The notes under the pieces are model-generated. The model did not search any database. It was not told the origin of the DNA and saw only the letters and a program-made list of their open reading frames with translations. Below, one piece after another: positions 9,250 to 17,232 of a DNA stretch of 41,287 bases. The position numbers and the translations under genes are program-made. Location: the NCBI GenBank assembly GCA_035687925.1, contig DASSNR010000034.1, positions 1 to 41,287 on the forward strand, in the 5' to 3' direction. This DNA comes from Gemmatimonadaceae bacterium. Lineage in GTDB: Bacteria > Gemmatimonadota > Gemmatimonadetes > Gemmatimonadales > Gemmatimonadaceae. Positions within the stretch are counted from its first letter, which is position 1; every line of letters begins with the position of its first letter.

Positions 9250-10446
9250 GTGAAAGTGCACACCGTTCTCGTGACCGATGGGGAGCAGCGAGCGGCGCTG
9301 GCCCTCGTGCGCGCGCTGGGGCGAGCGGGGCACACGGTCTACGCCTGCTCGCGGCGCGGGCGGTCGATCGCCGGGGCTTCGCGATACTGCCGGCGTGAGG
9401 CGCGCGTGTCGGACGCGCTCGCGATGCCCGATCGATTCGCGGACGACGTGACGGCGCTCGTACGCGCGCACGACGTGGATGTCGTCATCCCCGTCGCCGA
9501 GCCCGCGATCCTCGCGCTCCTTCCACAGCGCGAGCGACTCGCCGGCGCCTGCATCCCCTTCGTCGACGCGTGCACGTTCCGGAAGATCTCGGACAAGGCG
9601 CTCCTCCTCGACACCGCACCGCGATTCGGGATCGCGATCCCGGAGCAGCGCACGCTCGCGCGGCGCGATGACCGCGGCACGCTGCGCGTCGACACACTGC
9701 GATTCCCGCTCGTCCTCAAGCCTTCGCGATCCGTAGGCGAGCATGAGGGGAAGCGCGCCAAGCTCGGCGTCCGCTTCGCCGCCAACCCGATGCAGCTCGA
9801 GTGGCACCTCGACGAGCTCGACGACGCCGCGTACCCGTTGCTCCTGCAGCAGCGCATCGTCGGGCCAGGGATCGGCATCTTCCTCCTTCTCTGGCGCGGC
9901 GAGGTGCACGCGACGTTCGCGCACCAGCGCATCCGCGAGAAGCCGCCCTCTGGGGGGGTGAGCGTGTACCGCGAGAGCGTGGCGGCCGATCCGGATCTCG
10001 TCGCGCGCTCTCGACAGTTGCTCGAATCCTTCGGCTGGCAAGGGGTCGCGATGGTCGAGTACAAGCTCGACTCGGCCACGAACACGCCGTACCTGATGGA
10101 GATCAACGGCCGCTTCTGGGGCTCGCTGCAGCTCGCGCTCGATGCCGGCGTCGATTTCCCGACGCGGCTGCTCGCGGCGATGGACGGGGATGGCCCGCCG
10201 CCGGAGCGGATGGACCGGTATCGCGAGGGGGTGCGGAGCCGATGGTGGTGGGGCGACGTCGATCATCTGCTGGCGCGCATGCTGCATTCGCCAGAGACGC
10301 TCGCGCTCCCGCCCGATGCGCCCGGGCGGTGGCGCGTGGTGCGCGACTTTCTCACGGTGCGGCGCAACGATCGGAACGAGATTCTGCGAGCGAGCGACCC
10401 ATGGCCCTTCGTACGGGAAACGGCCGAGTGGTTGCGGGGACGATAA
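9250..10446 (+). CDS. ATP-grasp domain ligase (carboxylate-amine ligase type), substrate unknown
   Basis: FPLVLKPSRS, LLLQQRIVGPGIGIF, VAMVEYKLD and YLMEINGRFWGS (the E-x-N Mg-ATP motif). I place the start at GTG 9250, 4 nt after the deacetylase stop. The 561-aa track ORF (8761-) is an out-of-frame 5' extension over the deacetylase. Confidence 0.82.
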   Translation: MKVHTVLVTDGEQRAALALVRALGRAGHTVYACSRRGRSIAGASRYCRREARVSDALAMPDRFADDVTALVRAHDVDVVIPVAEPAILALLPQRERLAGACIPFVDACTFRKISDKALLLDTAPRFGIAIPEQRTLARRDDRGTLRVDTLRFPLVLKPSRSVGEHEGKRAKLGVRFAANPMQLEWHLDELDDAAYPLLLQQRIVGPGIGIFLLLWRGEVHATFAHQRIREKPPSGGVSVYRESVAADPDLVARSRQLLESFGWQGVAMVEYKLDSATNTPYLMEINGRFWGSLQLALDAGVDFPTRLLAAMDGDGPPPERMDRYREGVRSRWWWGDVDHLLARMLHSPETLALPPDAPGRWRVVRDFLTVRRNDRNEILRASDPWPFVRETAEWLRGR

Positions 10447-11228
10447 TGCCGGCAGGACATGTTCGTGCGGGCATCGTGCACGTCCACAGCGACTACTCGC
10501 ACGATGGCAAGGATTCACTGGAGCGACTCCGCGACTTCGCGCTCCAGCGCGACATCGCCTTCGTGGGGCTCACGGACCACGCCGAGGATCTGACGCCGGA
10601 GCGATTTGGCGAATACGTGGCGAAGTGCCGTGCGCTGTCGGACGATGCGGTGCGCCTCATCCCGGGGCTGGAGTATCGCTTCGCCGGATACACCGGGTTG
10701 CACCTGCTCGCGCTCGGCCTCACGAAGTGGATCGAGCCGGTGACGCCGGCGGATTTCATCCAGCAGACGCGCGGCGTGACGTCGCTCACGATCGTCGCGC
10801 ACCCGGTGCTCGCGCGCTATCGCATCCCGCGCGAGGTGCTGGACGGGATCGACGCGATCGAGGTCTGGAACGCGAGCTACAACACGCGCTACCTGCCGGA
10901 CCCGCGCGCGATCCGCATGCTGCACTCGCTGCGTCTGACGCGGCCGACGGTCGTCGGGACCGCGGGGCTCGACCAGCACGACGGACGGAACGACCGCGAG
11001 ACGCGCGTGATCATCGCGGATGTGACCGAGCCGCTGGTCGCGCTCAAGACGGGGCGCTTCACGAATCGCGGCCGCACGATGCACTTCAGCTCGACGGCAT
11101 CCATGTCGCCGATGCAGCTGCGGGCGCTCGAAGCGGCGCGGTGGACGTTCGACAAGGTGGAGCGAACGCAGGAGCGGGTCGCGCGCGCGCTCGCGGCGCG
11201 CCGGGCGCGGAGGCTCGTGGCGGGATGA
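10446..11228 (+). CDS. PHP (polymerase/histidinol-phosphatase) family metal-dependent phosphoesterase
   Basis: MPAGHVRAGIVHVHSDYSHDG (HxH...D motif), VGLTDHAEDL and IVAHP. Its ATG overlaps the ATP-grasp TAA stop (TAATG). Confidence 0.8.
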   Translation: MPAGHVRAGIVHVHSDYSHDGKDSLERLRDFALQRDIAFVGLTDHAEDLTPERFGEYVAKCRALSDDAVRLIPGLEYRFAGYTGLHLLALGLTKWIEPVTPADFIQQTRGVTSLTIVAHPVLARYRIPREVLDGIDAIEVWNASYNTRYLPDPRAIRMLHSLRLTRPTVVGTAGLDQHDGRNDRETRVIIADVTEPLVALKTGRFTNRGRTMHFSSTASMSPMQLRALEAARWTFDKVERTQERVARALAARRARRLVAG

Positions 11229-12334
11229 CCAGGCGCACGCGTGTGCTGCACGTCATCCAGAACCTGAACTACGGCGGGATGGAGCGGCTGCTCGCGGACA
11301 TCGTGCGACGTGCGGACCCCGAGCGGTTCGAGAGCCACGTGCTCGTGCTGCAGTACCTCGGCCGCTTCGCCGATGGATTGCGCGAACACGCCGAGCTGCA
11401 CGTGGCCGAGCCGATGTCGCGGTGGTCCATGGTGTGGCCCGCGTCGCTCGCGCAGACCATTCGCGGGATCGCGCCGGATGTCGTGCACACCCACAGCGGC
11501 GTGTGGTACAAGACCACGCTCGCGGCGCGGCAGGCGGGCGTCCCGCGGCTCATTCACACCGAGCACGGGCGACAGACGCCGGATCCGTGGCAGTCGCGCG
11601 TCGTGGACGGGCTGGCATCGCGGCGCACGAATGTCGTGGTCGCGGTATCGGAAGCGCTCGCCGCGCAGCTCGCGCGCACGGTGGTGAAGGACGCGCGTCG
11701 CATTCGGGTCGTCATCAACGGCGTAGACACGGACGCGTACCGTCCGCGCACGGAGAGCGGGCGCGTGCGACGCGAGCTGGAGATCGCACCTGACGTGCCG
11801 ATCATCGGGAGCATCGGTCGCTTGGAGCGGATCAAAGGGTACGACGTGATGGTCGAGGCGTTCGCGCTGCTGCGCGCGGGGTGGCCCGACGATCCCGCGC
11901 CGGTGCTCGTGCTCGGCGGCGAGGGGACGGAGCGCGCGCGGCTCGAGCAGCTCGCCCGCGAGCGCGGTGTCGCCCAAGCGGTTCGCTTCCTCGGCTGGCG
12001 CGATGACATTCACGAGCTGCACTCGGCGTTCACGCTGTTCACCATGTCGTCGCGCAGCGAAGGGACGTCGGTGAGTCTGCTGGAGGCGATGAGCGCGGGG
12101 CTCTGTCCGGTGGTGACGGACGTCGGGGGGAACGGCGCGGTAGTTGGCGAAGCACTGCGGCACCGCCTCGTGCCGACGGAGCAGCCCGCGGCGCTCGCGA
12201 AGGCGTGGTGCCGAGCGCTGCGCGATGATGCCCGCCGGTGCGCGGACGGCGCCGCGGCGCGTGCCCGTGTGCAGCAGTCGTTTGCGCTGGACGCGATGGT
12301 GCGGGCGTACGAGGGGTTGTACGTGGGCGAGTGA
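11225..12334 (+). CDS. Glycosyltransferase family 4 (GT-B, retaining type)
   Basis: MTRRTRVLHVIQNLNYGGMERL N-terminus and SRSEGTSVSLLEAMSAGLCPVVTDVGGN (E-x7-E). ATGA overlap with the PHP gene stop. Confidence 0.88.
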   Translation: MTRRTRVLHVIQNLNYGGMERLLADIVRRADPERFESHVLVLQYLGRFADGLREHAELHVAEPMSRWSMVWPASLAQTIRGIAPDVVHTHSGVWYKTTLAARQAGVPRLIHTEHGRQTPDPWQSRVVDGLASRRTNVVVAVSEALAAQLARTVVKDARRIRVVINGVDTDAYRPRTESGRVRRELEIAPDVPIIGSIGRLERIKGYDVMVEAFALLRAGWPDDPAPVLVLGGEGTERARLEQLARERGVAQAVRFLGWRDDIHELHSAFTLFTMSSRSEGTSVSLLEAMSAGLCPVVTDVGGNGAVVGEALRHRLVPTEQPAALAKAWCRALRDDARRCADGAAARARVQQSFALDAMVRAYEGLYVGE

Positions 12335-12345
12335 GCCCGTCCCCG

Positions 12346-13821
12346 CTACGGCCGCACTGACGTCAGTGTCGCTGCCGTTCCCAACGATGGCGCCAACGCG
12401 GCTCCCGGCTGCCCCACGCACTCCTCGATCGCGTCGAACAACAGCGCCGCCTGGTGCGCGCGGCTGAAGCGCTTGTCGCGGGCGATGGGGCGGGGGCGGA
12501 TCCCACGTGCGTGCTCGAGATACCGCCGGTGCAGTACGGCGGCGATGGCATTCACATCGTGCGGCGCAACGACGTCGGCGTCCGTCCCCTGCAGCAGGAG
12601 CCCCGTGGCGCTGTCGGGGTGCACGAGCGCGAGGAGCCAGGCGTCGAATTGCATGTACTCGAAGATCTTCGACGGGATGGCCATGTCGCTGTCCTGCGGC
12701 AGACTCACGAGCATCGCGGCCCGGCTCAGAAACTCCATCGCTTCGCGGCGCGGTCGGGGCGGACCCGCGCTCACGTACGCCTCGATCCCCTCCTCGCGCG
12801 CGATCGCGTGGAGGGAGAGCTCATCGTCGCGCTCGACGTGGCCGATGAACTCGAAGCCGAACTCGTCGGGTGAGAGCTCGAGCTCGGCGATGACGCGGGC
12901 CGCGGCGCGGAAGAGCAGCCGCGGATCGCGATCGAGGTAAATGGAGCCTGCGTACGCGATGATGAAGCGGCTGCGGTCGCTCGTCTCGGGGATCGTGTCC
13001 CAGTCGTAGCCGTTCATCACGCTCAGGAATCGCTCGCGCCACTCGGGGTATCGCCGCACGAACTCGCGGCGCGCGAGCTCGGTGTTCGCGACGACGAGCG
13101 TGGCCTGCGCAACGGCGCGTCGCTCGTGGCGCTGAGCGAGCCGCCACCAGAGCGGATGCGCGATCGCCTCGGGGATGCGCTGCATGAAGCTCCACGGATC
13201 GCGAAGATCCATGATGAGCGGGAGGCCGGTGAGCTGCGAGATCCGACGACCCGCATCGTGCACCATGTGCGGCGGCCCGCAGCTGATGACCGCGCGATGC
13301 ACGCGGGGCTGCACGAGTTGCAGCGCGAGCGAGGTGGCGCGGTCCGCCCACTCATCGCCGCGATCGAAGTCGAGCATGGCGTAGTAGGGGCGCAGGATGT
13401 CGCGGCCGGCGCGCGGGTACCAGCGCACCTCATGGCGGCCGAACGACATGGGGCGCGGATGATGGCGGACGTGCGCGCTGTTGTCGCTCGTCCTCGTGCG
13501 CAGACGACCGACGAGGGGGCGACACCACCCCCACACGATGTTCTCCACGCGATCGACACGGAGCTCGATGGCGGGAACCCCGTACACCCGCACGCCGGCC
13601 GGGAGATCGGCGAGGCGGCGCGGATCGGCATCGCGTAGGCACTCGGGGTCGAGTGTCACGACATCCACGCCCCACGACCGGGCGGCCGCATAGCGGATGA
13701 GCTTCTGCCACCGCAATGCACCGGTCGCCTGAGAGGGCGGGAAGTGGTAGCTCAGGAGAAGGAGCCGGCTCTGTTCCTGCGCGGGATTTCCGTCGGCTTG
13801 AAAATACGGAACAGCCTGCAT
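12346..13821 (-). CDS. Glycosyltransferase (GT4/WcaI-like, GT-B fold)
   Basis: 491 aa. The N-terminal LLLLSYHFPPSQATGALRWQKL is typical of this GT-B subgroup. C-terminal PSKIFEYMQFDAWLLAL occupies the position of the donor-binding motif. Confidence 0.75.
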   Translation of the reverse strand: MQAVPYFQADGNPAQEQSRLLLLSYHFPPSQATGALRWQKLIRYAAARSWGVDVVTLDPECLRDADPRRLADLPAGVRVYGVPAIELRVDRVENIVWGWCRPLVGRLRTRTSDNSAHVRHHPRPMSFGRHEVRWYPRAGRDILRPYYAMLDFDRGDEWADRATSLALQLVQPRVHRAVISCGPPHMVHDAGRRISQLTGLPLIMDLRDPWSFMQRIPEAIAHPLWWRLAQRHERRAVAQATLVVANTELARREFVRRYPEWRERFLSVMNGYDWDTIPETSDRSRFIIAYAGSIYLDRDPRLLFRAAARVIAELELSPDEFGFEFIGHVERDDELSLHAIAREEGIEAYVSAGPPRPRREAMEFLSRAAMLVSLPQDSDMAIPSKIFEYMQFDAWLLALVHPDSATGLLLQGTDADVVAPHDVNAIAAVLHRRYLEHARGIRPRPIARDKRFSRAHQAALLFDAIEECVGQPGAALAPSLGTAATLTSVRP

Positions 13822-13893
13822 CAGTTCGGTGAAGGACGAGGGAACGGCACGGCTAACGAGTGGATCGACGAACGGAGCGACGGTCCACGAACC

Positions 13894-15117
13894 CTATTGC
13901 ATGAACGACGCCAACTCGCGGGCCTCTGGACCTTCGAGGATCTGGGTCAGCGGACGGCCGAGCCCTGCCGCCATCACCTGGGCAATCCTCCCCACGAGCA
14001 CCGCCCAGTCGTGCTCGCGCGCCACGCGCTGTCGCTCCGCGCACCGCTCGGGTGCGTTTTCTTCTTCCCCCAGCGCCTCAGCAATGGCTCGTGACCAACC
14101 GTCCGCAGTCGATGGCAATGCCACCACGCTCGCGAACGGCTGGAGCGATTGGATAGGCGTACCGACGGTCGGCCTCCCCGTCGCCAGGTATTCGTGCAGC
14201 TTGAGCGGGTAGATGTACTTCGTGTAGTCGTCCAGCCGGTATGGCATGAGGCACACATCGAAGTGCTGCGGATACGCAGCGAGCGCCGCGGTGGCACGAG
14301 GACCCAGCAGGTGCACGTTCGGGAGCTTCGAGAGCTCGGCGATGGGCGACTCCGTCTCCGCCTCGTCTTTCTGTCCTCCGACCAGCACGAACGACCACTC
14401 GGGATGGCGCTCGGCCAGCGCGATCCACAGCGGCCAATCCAGCTGTTGCTTGAGCCATCCGGTGTATCCGATGCGTGGATGGGGGATCGCCGCCAGCTCG
14501 GGGGGGATGGGAGCGGGCTGCGCGAAGGCGTCGTAATCCACGCCGTTCGGCACGCAGGTGGTGTGCGGGTTGATCATCCCCTTCTTGGCCATGAGTCCCG
14601 GCGAATGGATGAACACCTCGTCACACTTGGTGAGGAGCTGCATCTCGTCTGCCGGGATCGGCTGCTCGACGGGGGAGAACGTGTACTCGTCGTCGATATG
14701 GTAACAGCTCAGGTCGTGGTCCACCGCCGAGAGCGCATTGGCGAACTTCGGATGCCAGATGTAGAGGATGATGTGCGTGCAGCCGGCGCGCTCGAGTGCT
14801 CGCCGAGCGCCCTGGAGGCGCAAGCGGAACGAAACCTCCGCGACGAGATGCGGCCGGTGTACTTCCGGAAGCCAACGGTCTGGACTGTGGACACTGAACC
14901 CCGGCACCGGCTCGTCCACGGCGCTGCGGTACTCACGCGGATGACGCACGACGTCGCGCCACCCGGGGGCAGGGTTCACCCACATCACGCGAAAGTAGCG
15001 GGCGAGCCGCGACAGCACGTGGTGCCGCGGTTGCCATTGATCGCTCCATCGGTCGGGGACGAGCGCAATGACACCGACCTCGGGCGCGAGGGGCGCAGCG
15101 GCGGGGAGTTCGCTCAT
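13894..15117 (-). CDS. Glycosyltransferase family 1 (TuaH-like)
   Basis: 407 aa. VIALVPDRWSDQWQPRHHVLSRLARYFRVMWVNP, IGYTGWLKQQLDW and YPLKLHEYLATGRPTVGTP. ATGA overlap with the upstream GT2 stop. Confidence 0.78.
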   Translation of the reverse strand: MSELPAAAPLAPEVGVIALVPDRWSDQWQPRHHVLSRLARYFRVMWVNPAPGWRDVVRHPREYRSAVDEPVPGFSVHSPDRWLPEVHRPHLVAEVSFRLRLQGARRALERAGCTHIILYIWHPKFANALSAVDHDLSCYHIDDEYTFSPVEQPIPADEMQLLTKCDEVFIHSPGLMAKKGMINPHTTCVPNGVDYDAFAQPAPIPPELAAIPHPRIGYTGWLKQQLDWPLWIALAERHPEWSFVLVGGQKDEAETESPIAELSKLPNVHLLGPRATAALAAYPQHFDVCLMPYRLDDYTKYIYPLKLHEYLATGRPTVGTPIQSLQPFASVVALPSTADGWSRAIAEALGEEENAPERCAERQRVAREHDWAVLVGRIAQVMAAGLGRPLTQILEGPEARELASFMQ

Positions 15118-16091
15118 AGACGTACTCCGCCGGCCGGCGAGGCGGGTATCATCTGCTCGAGCGACTCATCTTCTTCGAGCGGTGATGCCTGCCACGACTG
15201 GTAGATCATCCCGCAGGTCGTCGAGAGCTCCATGATCTGATCGAACCACGCCTTCCGCTCGCCCTTCGCGCGCGCGAGCCCTGCGTAGGCGAGGCAGCCG
15301 AGCACCTCGGGGACGTGGCGGAGTGTCGAGCGAGCGGGTTCCTGCGCTTCCTGTCGCCGCACCTCCATGAGACGACCATACCGGAACGCGCGCCCGAACA
15401 GCCAGCGATCGGAAAACTGCTCCGGCCGGATGCGATGCCATACCACGCTCTGCGGCATGAAGACGGGTGCGTGGCCCTGGCGCTTCAGACGTCCAATGAG
15501 CTCCGTTTCGCTCCCCATGATGTACGAGGCGCGATGCGGCCCGACGTGCGGATTGAAGCGGACGCCCGCGTCGAACACGGAGCGGCGGATGGCGACGTTG
15601 GGACCGAACGGTGTGAAACTGAACGACGGACCCTCGTCCCGCTTGGGGTCGAGCACCGTGAAGCAGATGCCGAGGTAGCGTTGATCGTTGACGTATGCAG
15701 GCATCGATGCGGGCGGCCAGAGCGGAAGCACTTTGCCGCCGAACACCACGTGCTCGGGCCATCGCGCGGCGGCCTCGCTCGTCTCCGCGAGCCAGTCGGG
15801 TGATACCTCGACATCGTCATCGGTGAACAGGACGAGGTCGCCCGTGATGGAGGGGAGGGCCGCGTTGAGCGCGGCGTTCTTCCCCGGCGTCGTGGCGACC
15901 AGGTAGGTCAGCTCGAGCCGATCAGCACATCGACCGCGCACGCCGCGCGTATCGGGGTCGTCCGCATTATCCGCAATGACGACCTGCACGTGATCCAATG
16001 GATAGGACGACGCGGCAATGCTGGCGAGCGTTCGCTCCAGCGATGACGCACGCATGCAGGTCGCGATAACTATAGAGAGATCCAACGTCAT
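15114..16091 (-). CDS. Glycosyltransferase family 2
   Basis: MTLDLSIVIATCMRASSLERTL, VVIADNADD and LFTDDDVEV (DxD). I place the start at the internal ATG (complement of 16089-16091), trimming 60 non-GT-like codons from the track ORF. Confidence 0.85.
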   Translation of the reverse strand: MTLDLSIVIATCMRASSLERTLASIAASSYPLDHVQVVIADNADDPDTRGVRGRCADRLELTYLVATTPGKNAALNAALPSITGDLVLFTDDDVEVSPDWLAETSEAAARWPEHVVFGGKVLPLWPPASMPAYVNDQRYLGICFTVLDPKRDEGPSFSFTPFGPNVAIRRSVFDAGVRFNPHVGPHRASYIMGSETELIGRLKRQGHAPVFMPQSVVWHRIRPEQFSDRWLFGRAFRYGRLMEVRRQEAQEPARSTLRHVPEVLGCLAYAGLARAKGERKAWFDQIMELSTTCGMIYQSWQASPLEEDESLEQMIPASPAGGVRL

Positions 16092-16240
16092 GCAGCAGGA
16101 GACTGGAGACGGCATGAACGACAGTTGCGGGAACACCCGCATCCATCGAAACGACATGACGGGGACGTAGCACCTCCCGTGCCCGAAGTCCGAGGGGCGG
16201 AGCCGGAGCGCCGCGCCGGCCACCCCGAGGGCGAGAACGG
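16092..16240. promoter_or_regulatory. Divergent intergenic region between the GT2 operon (-) and the wzm-wzt operon (+)
   Basis: Outward-facing starts on both sides. No specific promoter elements could be assigned. Confidence 0.3.
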
Positions 16241-17185
16241 GTGATTCCAGGGGCGCAGGAGCGCGGCACAAGAGGTGCTACCACGGACCGCGTGACTTCA
16301 AACGTGGATCAGCAGAGCTTCCTGGTACCGGTCCAGGCGGCTCGGCCGGCGTCGCGTGGTGGCGACGTCGAGCTCGTCATCGAGCCCGCCGGCCGATGGC
16401 CGACGATCGACCTGCACGAGATCTGGGCCTATCGCGAGCTCTTCTTCTTCCTGGTGTGGCGCGACATCAAGGTGCGCTACGCGCAGACCGTCCTCGGCGC
16501 GCTGTGGGCGATCCTCCAGCCCGTGCTCACGATGATCGTCTTCACGGTGATCTTCGGGCTGTTCGCGAAGATCCCGTCGGACGGCATTCCGTATCCGGTA
16601 TTCGCGCTCTCCGCACTCGTGCCGTGGACCTTCTTCTCCACCGCGCTCACGACATCGAGCGGCAGTCTCGTCAACAATCCGGAGCTCATCTCCAAGATCT
16701 ACTTCCCGCGGCTCGTGATCCCGACGGCGCCGGTGCTCGCGGCACTGTTGGACTTCGTCATTGCCTTCGTGGTGCTGCTGGTCGTGATGACGATCTTCGG
16801 CGTCGCGCCGCACGCGAGTGCCATCGTGCTCGTGCCGCTGCTCCTTCTACTGATTGTGATGACGGCGACCGGCACCGGATGCTGGCTCTCGGCGCTCAAC
16901 ATCCAGTACCGCGACGTGAAGCAGATCACGCCGCTCCTCATGCAGATCTGGATGTACTCGTCGCCGATCATCTACCCGCTGTCGATGATTCCCGAGCGGT
17001 TCCGGCCGATCTACGCGCTCAATCCGATGGTCGGCGTGATCGCGGGGTTCCGTTCGGTGCTCGTCGGATCGGGTGAGGTGCCGTGGGCAATGCTCGGCAT
17101 CTCGCTCGCGGTGGCGACGGTGCTGCTGGTGACGGGGGCCCTCTACTTCCGGCGGACCGAGCGCGTGTTCGCAGACGTGATATGA
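16241..17185 (+). CDS. wzm: ABC-2 type polysaccharide/O-antigen export permease (Wzm/TagG/KpsM family)
   Basis: ELFFFLVWRDIKVRYAQTVLGALWAILQP signature followed by about 6 hydrophobic spans. The start is uncertain: GTG 16241 or GTG 16292. Confidence 0.88.
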   Translation: MIPGAQERGTRGATTDRVTSNVDQQSFLVPVQAARPASRGGDVELVIEPAGRWPTIDLHEIWAYRELFFFLVWRDIKVRYAQTVLGALWAILQPVLTMIVFTVIFGLFAKIPSDGIPYPVFALSALVPWTFFSTALTTSSGSLVNNPELISKIYFPRLVIPTAPVLAALLDFVIAFVVLLVVMTIFGVAPHASAIVLVPLLLLLIVMTATGTGCWLSALNIQYRDVKQITPLLMQIWMYSSPIIYPLSMIPERFRPIYALNPMVGVIAGFRSVLVGSGEVPWAMLGISLAVATVLLVTGALYFRRTERVFADVI

Positions 17186-17232
17186 CCGAGATTCCTCGCT
17201 GCGCTCGGAATGACAACCCGTGAGGTGAACGC

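Noticed and set aside
6168-9335. A very long antisense ORF of 1055 aa. Similar long ORFs sit opposite or out of frame to called genes: 3132-4859 -, 2855-4126 +, 17143-18861 -, 18422-20293 -, 24588-26270 -, 28569-30359 +, 31270-33114 +, 33127-35079 +, 35263-36636 +, 8761-10446 5' part.
   Set aside because: Their translations are dominated by R/A/G/P/H runs typical of off-frame reading of high-GC DNA. They contain no recognisable motifs. The opposing or alternate frame in each case carries clear family signatures (AsnB, CE4, ABC ATPase, Wzx and others). Long stop-free antisense frames are expected at this GC content.
10446-11228. Calling the PHP protein a CpsB-type capsule tyrosine phosphatase.
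   Set aside because: Only the generic PHP metal-binding motifs are visible. No BY-kinase (Wzc/CpsD) or adaptor gene is in the window, and the gene is translationally coupled to an ATP-grasp ligase instead. I kept the generic family call.
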